From assembly GCA_017418275.1 (NCBI GenBank), contig JAFONX010000011.1, forward strand, positions 2,050-66,049: a stretch of 64,000 bases of DNA, in the 5' to 3' direction. The translations under genes were made by a program, and so were the position numbers. How positions within the stretch are numbered: the first letter of the stretch is position 1; each line of letters opens with the position of its first letter. The DNA is from Candidatus Saccharimonadota bacterium (GTDB taxonomy: Bacteria; Patescibacteriota; Saccharimonadia; Saccharimonadales; Saccharimonadaceae). Below are positions 1 through 8,053 of the stretch, one piece after another. The notes beneath the pieces are model-generated. The model searched no databases, was not told the origin of the DNA, and saw only the letters and a list, made by a program, of their open reading frames with translations.

Positions 1-25
1 TTAAAATGCCTTATACTATATTCCT

Positions 26-499
26 ATGGATATTTATTTAGACAAAGTTACCACCGACAAGAAAGACGCCCTTTACCGCCTGCTTCAGTACTCCCTTTTT
101 GAAGAAAGTGCCACCGACGGCAACGAGATGACCGACGACGCCGTCTTTGAATACAAATGGTTTGACCGTTACTTCACCGAGCCAGATCGCCTCGCCTTCT
201 TTATCCGCGAGCAAAACAGCAACAAGCTCCTCGGCTTTGCCATGATCAACACCTATACCGAACATTTCACCGAAGGCCACAGTGTCGCCGAGTTTATGGT
301 CTTACCAAAATACCGCAAGCAACACATCGGCCAAAAAGCCGCACATCTCTGCTTCGATCTCTTCTCTGGCAACTGGGAGGCCTCGCCAAGTCACGGCAGT
401 CTCGCCGCCAAAGTTTTCTGGGAGAAAGCCATTAAAAGCTACACGAACCGTCCGGCCGAGTTCGAAAACGGCATTTTCTACTTCACAAAGGCCGCTTAA
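26..499 (+). CDS. GNAT-like N-acetyltransferase family protein (157 aa)
   Basis: Full ORF with an ATG start. The segment VAEFMVLPKYRKQHIGQKAA resembles the acetyl-CoA-binding beta4-alpha3 motif of GNAT enzymes, and the size is typical. A TATACT -10-like hexamer lies just upstream. Confidence 0.5.
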   Translation: MDIYLDKVTTDKKDALYRLLQYSLFEESATDGNEMTDDAVFEYKWFDRYFTEPDRLAFFIREQNSNKLLGFAMINTYTEHFTEGHSVAEFMVLPKYRKQHIGQKAAHLCFDLFSGNWEASPSHGSLAAKVFWEKAIKSYTNRPAEFENGIFYFTKAA

Positions 500-582
500 A
501 TCCCAAACTCCCCACAGTCTGGGGAGTTTTTAATCCCCTTCTAGCCCGCACGCTTGGTTTATGCTACAATATACACATCCCT

Positions 583-658
583 AGGGGTGTAGCTCAGTTG
601 GTAGAGCACTGGTCTCCAAAACCAGGTGTCGCGAGTTCGAGTCTTGCCGCCCCTGCCA
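583..658 (+). tRNA. trnW: tRNA-Trp (anticodon CCA), CCA end encoded
   Basis: The sequence aggggtgtagctcagttggtagagcactggtctCCAaaaccaggtgtcgcgagttcgagtcttgccgcccctgcca folds as a cloverleaf. The acceptor stem aggggtg/cgcccct forms 7 bp, the anticodon stem is ctggt/accag, and the loop ctCCAaa carries the anticodon. GTTCGAGTC is the T-loop and the 3' CCA is present. Confidence 0.92.
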
Positions 659-668
659 AATTATTCCG

Positions 669-689
669 ATACCCGCGAGGGTATTTTTT
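669..689 (+). terminator. Rho-independent terminator after tRNA-Trp
   Basis: Hairpin ataccc-gcga-gggtat followed by a T6 run. Confidence 0.7.
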
Positions 690-704
690 ATCGCTATCCC
701 GCTA

Positions 705-733
705 TTGACTTTTCTCTTAGAATTTGATATAAT
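705..733 (+). promoter_or_regulatory. Sigma70-type promoter for the 846-1901 gene
   Basis: TTGACT (705-710), a 17-nt spacer and TATAAT (728-733). This leaves a ~105-nt leader containing the hairpins ctgcgc/gcgcag and actcgct-cgtg-agcgagt. Confidence 0.55.
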
Positions 734-845
734 AAACAAATCTTCTGCGCAGTCGTTTACTTCTAAACGTCAGACCAAGCGCAGTTAGAAATCCGGCACT
801 CGCTCGTGAGCGAGTAGCACATTACCAAAGAGAGGAGGTCCATAT

Positions 846-1901
846 ATGGAAAATATGGACTACACAGCAGCAAACATTCAGACATTGGTCGGAGAACTTA
901 CGAAACTCTTCGGCAAATACCCAATGGGCGTCACAAGCGCCTACATCGCCTTGAGTGAACGCCTGAACGACGTTGTCCGTCACCTCGACGGAGATCTCAG
1001 TGTAGGAATCGTACGCAAAACTGTCGATCTTCGCGAGATGATCGGTAGAAAATACGATGGTTCAAACGGCGATTATAGACAGCGCTTGGAGCGCCTCCGC
1101 CTCAATACAAAGTCGGGCTACTTCAAGCAGAGAGGTATCGTAGCTTGTAAGCTTCTTGGCGAAATCAAGCCCGAGCCCCTCAGAAACGCGAACGATATGA
1201 GCCGCGATGTATTGGGCTGGATTATTACCAGTTTGACCGAAGCACGTCCTCAGTTTAGCCTCGGAGTAGGCAACAAGGAAGAGCGCAAGAAATACAGCGC
1301 TGAGCTCAAAGAGGCTTACGCCCTTCAGTTGGCACTCGACGGGATACCAAAAGAGGAGGACGAATGCAAGTTCTTGCTTCTTCAGGAGCTTACAGTCCTC
1401 AGATTGATCGACTGTGTGTCCCCCGTTTGCCTCCTGGGCTATTGGCAGGCTTTGCATCCTAAGAATCCTACGGCCGTTGCAATCCATGCGACCGCAGAAG
1501 AGGTGCTTATCAGTCTGCCCTGCCAGGAAATGAGCGAGACCGAATATATCGAAAATGGCCTGCTCATGCTTGCAGCCCTCGCAGAAACTGTGAAGGCCGC
1601 CTGTGTCGACTGGGAAACTCGCGTGCTTTGCCAGCAGAGCACCGACTATATCCTCAAAGCCCTCGACAGAGCAAAAAAAGCAATGACAATCTGCGCGGCG
1701 CTTGCTGAAAGCCAGAACATCGACTCGAGACAATGGCAGAACCGTTGCAGAGCAATCATGGAACAGACACAGGAGCATCTGGAGGCGGCAATGCAGGCTG
1801 ATATATGCAAGCACTTTGAACTTAGTGCTTGCGCATTGAGCGCATACGCCGAGAACTTCGACGAAACCGATACACCCTGTCTGGCACTTATTCGCTGCTA
1901 A
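846..1901 (+). CDS. Hypothetical soluble, predicted helical, Cys-rich protein (351 aa); no family recognised
   Basis: Long ORF with a strong SD (agaggagg, 7 nt before the ATG), its own promoter and a downstream terminator. No TM segment or known motif was seen. Confidence 0.6.
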   Translation: MENMDYTAANIQTLVGELTKLFGKYPMGVTSAYIALSERLNDVVRHLDGDLSVGIVRKTVDLREMIGRKYDGSNGDYRQRLERLRLNTKSGYFKQRGIVACKLLGEIKPEPLRNANDMSRDVLGWIITSLTEARPQFSLGVGNKEERKKYSAELKEAYALQLALDGIPKEEDECKFLLLQELTVLRLIDCVSPVCLLGYWQALHPKNPTAVAIHATAEEVLISLPCQEMSETEYIENGLLMLAALAETVKAACVDWETRVLCQQSTDYILKALDRAKKAMTICAALAESQNIDSRQWQNRCRAIMEQTQEHLEAAMQADICKHFELSACALSAYAENFDETDTPCLALIRC

Positions 1902-1912
1902 TCCTTTATCCA

Positions 1913-1943
1913 CCCTCGGTTCCTCACGGAATCGGGGGTTTTT
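1913..1943 (+). terminator. Rho-independent terminator
   Basis: Hairpin ccctcggttcc-tcac-ggaatcggggg (11 bp including G-U pairs) followed by ttttt. Confidence 0.75.
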
Positions 1944-1975
1944 CTTGCTTTCTAAAAAACGCTATAATACTAGTT

Positions 1976-3292
1976 ATGTCGAGTTTTCCTAGCCTATATC
2001 TCAAGGAGCTCATGAGTAAGCTCAGCGACAACGGTCTCACCGAAGGTCAAGAAGCCGCCCTCGAGGCGATGCTTATGGGCGAAAACGTCTTCCTGACAGG
2101 CGATGCAGGCACGGGGAAATCTTACGTCCTCAGCGAATTCTTGCGCAAGATGCACCGCAAGAAACATATTATCGCCTGCGCGCCGACCGGTATCGCTGCC
2201 CTGCGCCTACATAACGGCAGTACCATCCATCGCGCCTTTCGCGTTCCTTTTTTGCAAGCTTACGACTATCGCAAACATAACCACCCAACCGAGGAAATCC
2301 TGAACGCCGACGTGATTATTATTGACGAAATTTCTATGTGTCGCGTGGACCTCTTTGACTACATCGCCGAAATTATTTTTGAAGCCGAAGAAATCACTCA
2401 GAAGAAGAAACAAATGATTGTCGTGGGCGATTTTTATCAGCTACCGCCAGTGCTACGTCGCGAAGAAAAAGAGGTCTTGAGTTATAACTATCCAAATATA
2501 CAAGCCGGCTTCTGTTTTACGGGTAAAAACTGGCGTCGCTTTCATTTCAAACCTTTCGTTCTGACCGAGATTATTCGCCAAGAAGAAGATAGCTACGTTG
2601 AGATGCTGAATCGTGCCCGCCACGGCGACCGTAGTTGTTTACCATACTTCAACGATCAGGTCGTAGACGAGATTGACGAAAACGCCATCTGTCTCGTGCC
2701 GACCAATGCCAAGGCTAGTGCGATTAATAGTGCCAAGCTCAATAGTCTCATAGGTGTGCCAAAAATCTTTCACGCCAAAACTAAGGGCACAATCAATGCC
2801 GGCGATAAAGCCGCCGACGAAGCCCTAATTTTAAAGCCGGGCGCCCGTGTAATTGCCCTCTGCAATAGCACCGACTACAAAAACGGCCAAATTGGCACCG
2901 TCAAAGAGCTCGACGAAGACGCCGTACGCGTAGTCTGGGACAACGGCAAGCGTTCCACGGTCGAAAGCTACGACTGGAATATTATGCGCCCAGAGTGGGA
3001 CGGCGATGTTATCAAACATGAAATTGTAGGCACTTTTAGTCAAATCCCGCTCCGTCTTGCCTATGCCATCACAATTCACAAAAGTCAGGGGCAAACTTAC
3101 GCTCGCACCTGTGTCGATCCTGCTTGTTTCGACATTGGTCAGCTTTATGTGGCATTGTCGCGTTGCGAAAGCATTGAGGGGCTAAGCCTAATGCGCAAAG
3201 CTTATCCAAGTGCATTAAAAAGCTCACCAGAGGTGTTAAGCTTTTATTCTGAACTCACGGGTGAAAGTTACTACACAGAAATTGAATACTAA
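1976..3292 (+). CDS. PIF1/RecD-like SF1B DNA helicase (438 aa)
   Basis: Walker A is GDAGTGKSY, Walker B is VIIIDEISM, motif III is VVGDFYQLPPV and the C-terminal motif is AITIHKSQGQTY. I place the start at ATG 1976 (MSSFPS) because the longer ORF from 1829 runs through the upstream terminator. TATAAT at 1963-1968 lies 7 nt before the ATG, which suggests a leaderless transcript. Confidence 0.8.
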   Translation: MSSFPSLYLKELMSKLSDNGLTEGQEAALEAMLMGENVFLTGDAGTGKSYVLSEFLRKMHRKKHIIACAPTGIAALRLHNGSTIHRAFRVPFLQAYDYRKHNHPTEEILNADVIIIDEISMCRVDLFDYIAEIIFEAEEITQKKKQMIVVGDFYQLPPVLRREEKEVLSYNYPNIQAGFCFTGKNWRRFHFKPFVLTEIIRQEEDSYVEMLNRARHGDRSCLPYFNDQVVDEIDENAICLVPTNAKASAINSAKLNSLIGVPKIFHAKTKGTINAGDKAADEALILKPGARVIALCNSTDYKNGQIGTVKELDEDAVRVVWDNGKRSTVESYDWNIMRPEWDGDVIKHEIVGTFSQIPLRLAYAITIHKSQGQTYARTCVDPACFDIGQLYVALSRCESIEGLSLMRKAYPSALKSSPEVLSFYSELTGESYYTEIEY

Positions 3293-3311
3293 AGAACTTC
3301 CTGATAGCATC

Positions 3312-3340
3312 TTGACAATTGTCGCAAAATGATGTATTAT
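3312..3340 (+). promoter_or_regulatory. Sigma70-type promoter driving the 3346-3634 untranslated RNA/leader
   Basis: TTGACA (3312-3317), a 17-nt spacer and TATTAT (3335-3340). Confidence 0.55.
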
Positions 3341-3345
3341 AGCTC

Positions 3346-3634
3346 TAGTCGTTACGGGACCTTGGGAAATAATCGCGTTTCGGATTGCGCGACCCGAGGT
3401 ACGGTCTGTAACGAGGAAGCCAAGTAATTGGACGTAAGGCCGTGACCCAGACGCCTGGTCCGCGTCGGGATTATGAGAATCTCCTTACTGCAATTATTGC
3501 GCCTTATAGGTGCGGATATAATTAATAACTTTGTTTGTACACTCAGACATGCGAATTATCCGTACCACACGAAGGTACACACCTGCGTCCACGATTACAC
3601 CACCCCTGACATTTTGGCCAGGGGTCTTTTATTT
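3346..3634 (+). ncRNA. Candidate structured RNA of about 290 nt, class unknown: either a stand-alone sRNA or an attenuator leader of the downstream ABC exporter operon
   Basis: The region has a promoter upstream. A long nested helix lies at its 5' end: cgttac..gtaacg encloses cttggg..cccgag, which encloses tcgcg..cgcga, spanning about 3349-3411. It ends in a G+C hairpin (cccctg at 3603-3608 pairing with cagggg at 3619-3624) followed by tcttttatttg. No convincing protein-coding signal is present. Confidence 0.4.
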
Positions 3635-3709
3635 GTCTGGTTTTCTTGCTCCTACCACCGTTTTATTGCTATACTATTCTTTTAAGACAAAGGCAAAAAT
3701 CTCAAATAT

Positions 3710-5473
3710 ATGTTCAGATTATTTAAGTATCTCAAAGTAAAAGACTGGATTTTTATGGGTCTGGTTTTTGCTTGCATTTTTGGTCAGGTTTGGTTAGAAC
3801 TCAAAATGCCAGATTATATGGCAAAAATCACAACCCTCGTACAATCTCAAGATAGCAGCATGGAAGAAATATGGCACAATGGTCTACTCATGTGCCTCTG
3901 CGCGATCGGCAGTTTAATCTCGGCGATTGCAGTTTGTTTTTTAATATCTACAATTGCAGCTGATTATTCCAAAAATACCCGCAAAAAATTGTTTGACAAG
4001 GTCGAGGAGCTTGATTATCACCAGGCAAAAGAATTCTCGACTAGTAGCCTAATTACTCGCACTACGAACGACATTACACAAACGCAGATGGTACTCGCGA
4101 TGGGCATGCAGATGATTATTCGCGCGCCAATGACTGTGATTGTAGCGATTTCAAAAATTATGCATAAGAACTGGCAATGGAGCTCTACAACCGCGATTGG
4201 CGTCGTGATACTCCTCGCCACAATTGTTTCGCTCATGGCGATTGTTTTGCCGAAGTTTAAAAAGTTACAAAAACTCACCGACAAGCTCAATGGCGTGACG
4301 CGCGAAAATGTTACTGGCATTCGCGTCGTGCATGCTTTTAATGCCGAAAAATACCAAGAAAACAAGTTTGATAGCGCAAACACCGAGCTTTCCAACACAC
4401 ACCTCTTCACCCAGCGTACAATGGCTATTTTGGCACCAATGATGTATTTAGTCATGGAAGGTGTCTCGTTGGCGATTTATTATATCGGCGCAGTTCTAAT
4501 TAATGATGCCGGCGGCGCCCCAGAGAGAATTGCACTCTTCGGCGATATGATTACCTTCTCGAGCTACGCGATGCAGATTATTATTTCATTCTTGGTGCTT
4601 GCGGGTATTTTCATAATTGTGCCCCGCGCCCAGGTCTCCGCAAAGCGTATTAACGAGGTGCTTAAAACTAAACCTACCATTAAGAATGGCTCCATCAAGG
4701 GCGACGACCTTTCCGAGAAAGGCACCGTTGAGTTTAAAAACGTCAGCTTCAAATACCCTGGAGCGCAAGACTACATGCTCAAGGATATTTCCTTCAAAGC
4801 AAACAAGGGCGACACGGTGGCAATTATCGGCTCAACCGGCTCTGGCAAATCTACGCTCGTAAACCTAATCCCGCGTTTGTATGATTCGAGCGAAGGCGTA
4901 ATTTACGTCGATGGCATAGACGTAAAAGATTACAAACAATCTTCTTTGCGCAACAAAATTGGCTATGTACCACAAAAAGCCATCATGTTTGACGGTACGG
5001 TTTTAGCCAACGTAGCTTACGGCGATAACGGACAAGGCAAAGTCGACGAGGACTATCTCAAGAAGGCACTTGAGATCGCTCAAGCAAAAGATTTCGTCGA
5101 AAAAATGCCAAAAGGCTATAAATCTCACGTCGCTCAAGGCGGTACAAATATTTCTGGCGGTCAAAAACAACGTCTCGCCATCGCTCGTGCAATTGCTAGA
5201 AAACCAGAGATTTTCATCTTTGACGACTCCTTCTCCGCCTTAGATTTCAAGACAGACGCCAAGCTTCGCAAGGCTCTCAAAGAAAACGTCAAACAAGCGA
5301 CCAGTATCATTGTGGCACAACGCATCGGTACAATCATGCACGCCGACCAGATTATCGTATTAGATGACGGCGAATGCGTCGGCAAAGGCACACATCAGGA
5401 ATTATTAAAGAATTGCGAGGTCTACAAACAGATCGCACTTTCGCAGCTTACAAAGGAGGAACTCAATGTTTAA
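3710..5473 (+). CDS. ABC exporter half-transporter (TMD-NBD) carrying the degenerate ATPase-site residues (TM287/BmrC/LmrC-like)
   Basis: An N-terminal six-helix hydrophobic domain is followed by Walker A GSTGSGKST and signature ISGGQKQR. Walker B reads IFIFDDS, so Asp replaces the catalytic Glu. The switch region reads VAQRIGT, so Gln replaces His. Confidence 0.85.
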   Translation: MFRLFKYLKVKDWIFMGLVFACIFGQVWLELKMPDYMAKITTLVQSQDSSMEEIWHNGLLMCLCAIGSLISAIAVCFLISTIAADYSKNTRKKLFDKVEELDYHQAKEFSTSSLITRTTNDITQTQMVLAMGMQMIIRAPMTVIVAISKIMHKNWQWSSTTAIGVVILLATIVSLMAIVLPKFKKLQKLTDKLNGVTRENVTGIRVVHAFNAEKYQENKFDSANTELSNTHLFTQRTMAILAPMMYLVMEGVSLAIYYIGAVLINDAGGAPERIALFGDMITFSSYAMQIIISFLVLAGIFIIVPRAQVSAKRINEVLKTKPTIKNGSIKGDDLSEKGTVEFKNVSFKYPGAQDYMLKDISFKANKGDTVAIIGSTGSGKSTLVNLIPRLYDSSEGVIYVDGIDVKDYKQSSLRNKIGYVPQKAIMFDGTVLANVAYGDNGQGKVDEDYLKKALEIAQAKDFVEKMPKGYKSHVAQGGTNISGGQKQRLAIARAIARKPEIFIFDDSFSALDFKTDAKLRKALKENVKQATSIIVAQRIGTIMHADQIIVLDDGECVGKGTHQELLKNCEVYKQIALSQLTKEELNV

Positions 5474-7268
5474 CGGAGGACCAGGCGGCAGACGTAGTGG
5501 CGGCGCACCACAAAAAAGCAAAAATTTCGGCGCCGCAATGAAGCGACTTTTCTCGGAGCTCCACGGCTTCATAATCCCAATTATTGTCGCTTGTCTGTTT
5601 GCGACCGGCGGCTCGATTTTGATGATTATCGCGCCACACATTGTGTCGGATTTAACAGACGAAATCGCTAAGGCCTTACCAGGCTTGCCAGTAGACTTCG
5701 GATTGGTTAGTAAGTTTACACTCATTCTTGTTGTAATGTATATCACGGGTGCACTTTTGCAACTCTTTGAATCTTTACTGATGGCTTGGGCTTCAACGCG
5801 TTTTGGTCAAGATTTACGCGGGCGTATTTCGAAGAAGATTAACCGTCTACCGCTAAGTTATTTTGATAAAAACCAGACCGGTGATATTTTGTCTCGCGTC
5901 ACAAATGACGTTGATTTAGTTTCACAAAGCCTGAATCAGTCACTATCGACCCTAATTTCCGAGGCTGCCCTGCTATTAGGCTCGGCAGTCATGATGATTA
6001 TCACAGATTTCCAGATGGCCGCCGTAGCAATTGGCGCAAGCGTGATTGGTTTTATATTTATTGGAATTATCCTCTCGACTTCGCAAAAGTATTTCACAAT
6101 GCGTCAGGAAGAGCTCGGTAAACTAAATTCGCATATTGAACAGATTTACTCGGGTTTGCTAGTTGTAAAAACCTACAACGGCAAAAACGATTCGGACAAG
6201 AAATTCGATAAATACAACGAAAGCGTCCGTGTCGCTAATCAAAAGAGTCAATTCCTGTCTGGCCTCATGCCGCCAGTCATGCAGTTTATTGGCAATTTTG
6301 GCTATGTAGCGGTTTGTATTTCTGGCGCATTACTTGTAAAGAATGGTGCGATTACTTTCGGTACAATTGTTGCCTTTATCACTTACGTGCGCCTATTTAC
6401 TTCTCCGCTATCGCGCATCGCGCAATCGGCAAGTAGTTTACAATCTGCCGCCGCCGCAAGCGAACGTGTCTTTGAATTTATTGACGAAGATGAGCTCGTT
6501 TCCGAAGCACAGTTGTTTGAAAAGGTTCACAAAGATAGCATCAAAGGCGATATTGAATTTTCGCACGTTTGGTTCTCTTACGAGAAAGACAAGCCAACCA
6601 TTAAGAATTTCAATACCAAGGCAAAGGCTGGCCAGAAGATTGCAATTGTAGGTCCGACTGGTGCTGGTAAGACAACCCTCGTAAACTTACTCATGAAATT
6701 CTATGACATCGATAGCGGAGACATCGTAATCGATGGACATTCTACGGGCGAAATGAAGCGTAGCGATCTGCATTCGCTCTTTACAATGGTTTTACAAGAT
6801 ACTTGGATGTTTGAAGGCACCCTGCGTGAAAACATCGTCTATAACCGCAAGAATATCAGCGACAAGAAGATTATGGAAATCTGTGACAAGATTGGTCTCT
6901 CGCATTTCGTAAAGACTTTACCAGACGGACTTGATACACAAATCGGCGAAAACGAATCAATCTCAGCCGGACAAAAGCAGCTTATCACGATTGCACGCGG
7001 TATGGTCGAAGACGCGCCGCTCCTAATCCTCGACGAAGCAACCAGTAACGTCGATACTCGCACCGAAGAATTAGTCCAGGCAGCAATGGATAAGCTCATG
7101 GAAGGTCGTACAAGCTTTATTATTGCTCATCGCTTGTCTACAATTCGTAATGCTGATAAGATTCTTGTTTTGAAGGATGGCGACATAATCGAATCTGGCA
7201 CACACAACGAACTAATGAAGAAAAATGGCTTTTACGCCGAGTTATATAATTCACAGTTTGCGCTTTGA
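5466..7268 (+). CDS. ABC exporter half-transporter with canonical catalytic residues but a degenerate signature (TM288/BmrD/LmrD-like)
   Basis: SD aaggagga precedes the ATG, and the gene overlaps the upstream gene by 8 nt. Walker A is GPTGAGKTT, Walker B is LLILDEATS and the switch region is IIAHRLST. The signature is ISAGQKQ rather than LSGGQ. Confidence 0.85.
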   Translation: MFNGGPGGRRSGGAPQKSKNFGAAMKRLFSELHGFIIPIIVACLFATGGSILMIIAPHIVSDLTDEIAKALPGLPVDFGLVSKFTLILVVMYITGALLQLFESLLMAWASTRFGQDLRGRISKKINRLPLSYFDKNQTGDILSRVTNDVDLVSQSLNQSLSTLISEAALLLGSAVMMIITDFQMAAVAIGASVIGFIFIGIILSTSQKYFTMRQEELGKLNSHIEQIYSGLLVVKTYNGKNDSDKKFDKYNESVRVANQKSQFLSGLMPPVMQFIGNFGYVAVCISGALLVKNGAITFGTIVAFITYVRLFTSPLSRIAQSASSLQSAAAASERVFEFIDEDELVSEAQLFEKVHKDSIKGDIEFSHVWFSYEKDKPTIKNFNTKAKAGQKIAIVGPTGAGKTTLVNLLMKFYDIDSGDIVIDGHSTGEMKRSDLHSLFTMVLQDTWMFEGTLRENIVYNRKNISDKKIMEICDKIGLSHFVKTLPDGLDTQIGENESISAGQKQLITIARGMVEDAPLLILDEATSNVDTRTEELVQAAMDKLMEGRTSFIIAHRLSTIRNADKILVLKDGDIIESGTHNELMKKNGFYAELYNSQFAL

Positions 7269-7326
7269 GGCCTATATCACGAAAAATTCTGGACACAAAA
7301 CGGTCCAGAATTTTTGTATATAGGCC
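7269..7326. terminator. Long bidirectional hairpin between convergent genes
   Basis: ggcctatatcacgaaaaattctggac pairs with gtccagaatttttgtatataggcc to give a ~24-bp near-perfect stem. It starts immediately after the ABC exporter stop codon. Confidence 0.7.
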
Positions 7327-7377
7327 CAAAAGGCGCAAACCAAAATTATACAGCTCAGCCTCAATCTAAAACACAAG

Positions 7378-7953
7378 TTAGATGCTTAGATGTACCGTGA
7401 TGCCAGGTTTGCAGTCCGCTTTGCTATCCAAGACGTAAGTTTTCTCGTCACCAAACTCAATTCGCTCATCAACCCATTCGCCGTCTTCTTTGACTTTAAT
7501 ACTAGGCTTGCCATTAATTACGATAAGCTGCAAATTTGCCTCTTCAAGCGATTCCGTACGCACAATATCCGCTTCGCCCGCATTAAACATATCTCCGTCT
7601 TTTACGCCAAAATAACGGTAGTCCGGTTCATGGCTCTCTTCCGTACAGCCATAGGAAATACGAAGCATTCTATCACTGCCAATCAAGGACGGATCATAGC
7701 GCCTAAACAGTACTATACAGGCGATTATCATAAGAATCAGCACAACAGCCACAGAGGCGAGATGATACCAACGCAAGACAAACTCTTCTTTCGCGGTTGG
7801 CGCCGCCTTCTCTGTGAGTTTTTTCTCACGCACGGCTTTACGAGCGACTTTTTCGGCCGCAACATCATCAATTTTGATTGGTTCGTTATGTTTTTCGGAC
7901 TTGATTTTAACTTTAGTCTTCTTCACAGTAGATTTTTCGGTTTTTTCTGACAT
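7378..7953 (-). CDS. Hypothetical single-pass membrane protein with a Lys-rich N-terminal tail (191 aa)
   Basis: SD aaaggaga is present. The N-terminus is KKTKVKIKSEK-rich and one TM segment is visible (LASVAVVLILMIIACIVLF). The antisense ORF 7390-7950 is Arg/Phe-rich junk. Confidence 0.6.
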   Translation of the reverse strand: MSEKTEKSTVKKTKVKIKSEKHNEPIKIDDVAAEKVARKAVREKKLTEKAAPTAKEEFVLRWYHLASVAVVLILMIIACIVLFRRYDPSLIGSDRMLRISYGCTEESHEPDYRYFGVKDGDMFNAGEADIVRTESLEEANLQLIVINGKPSIKVKEDGEWVDERIEFGDEKTYVLDSKADCKPGITVHLSI

Positions 7954-8053
7954 TATTCTCCTTTATATTTATTCTACATCGTGAAAACTTTTTTGCGAAC
8001 TTTTGCCTATGCGCTTGTGCTTTAAAGATTATAAGTGCTATACTAAATTGTAG

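Noticed and set aside
1829-1975. 49-codon N-terminal extension of the helicase ORF
   Set aside because: It overlaps the end of the upstream gene and runs through its terminator hairpin (1913-1943). ATG 1976 is preceded by TATAAT at leaderless spacing.
3346-3634. RNase P RNA, tmRNA, SRP RNA, 6S RNA, or a ykkC/cobalamin/T-box riboswitch
   Set aside because: I could not find the diagnostic cores by eye: GAGGAAAGUCC with ACAGAAnnCGGCUUA, a tRNA-like 3' end with CCA, GGAA-tetraloop domain IV, the B12 box, or the T-box sequence. The region is left as unclassified structured RNA pending a covariance-model search.
7266-7268. Alternative genetic code (TGA read as an amino acid, as in some candidate phyla)
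   Set aside because: Well-conserved genes such as the ABC exporter end at TGA at the expected C-terminal positions, and no conserved gene is interrupted by in-frame TGA. The standard code therefore fits.
7390-7950. 186-aa plus-strand ORF mirroring the 7378-7953 gene
   Set aside because: It has no SD and an Arg/Phe-rich composition. The minus-strand frame has SD aaaggaga, a TM helix and a sensible domain layout.
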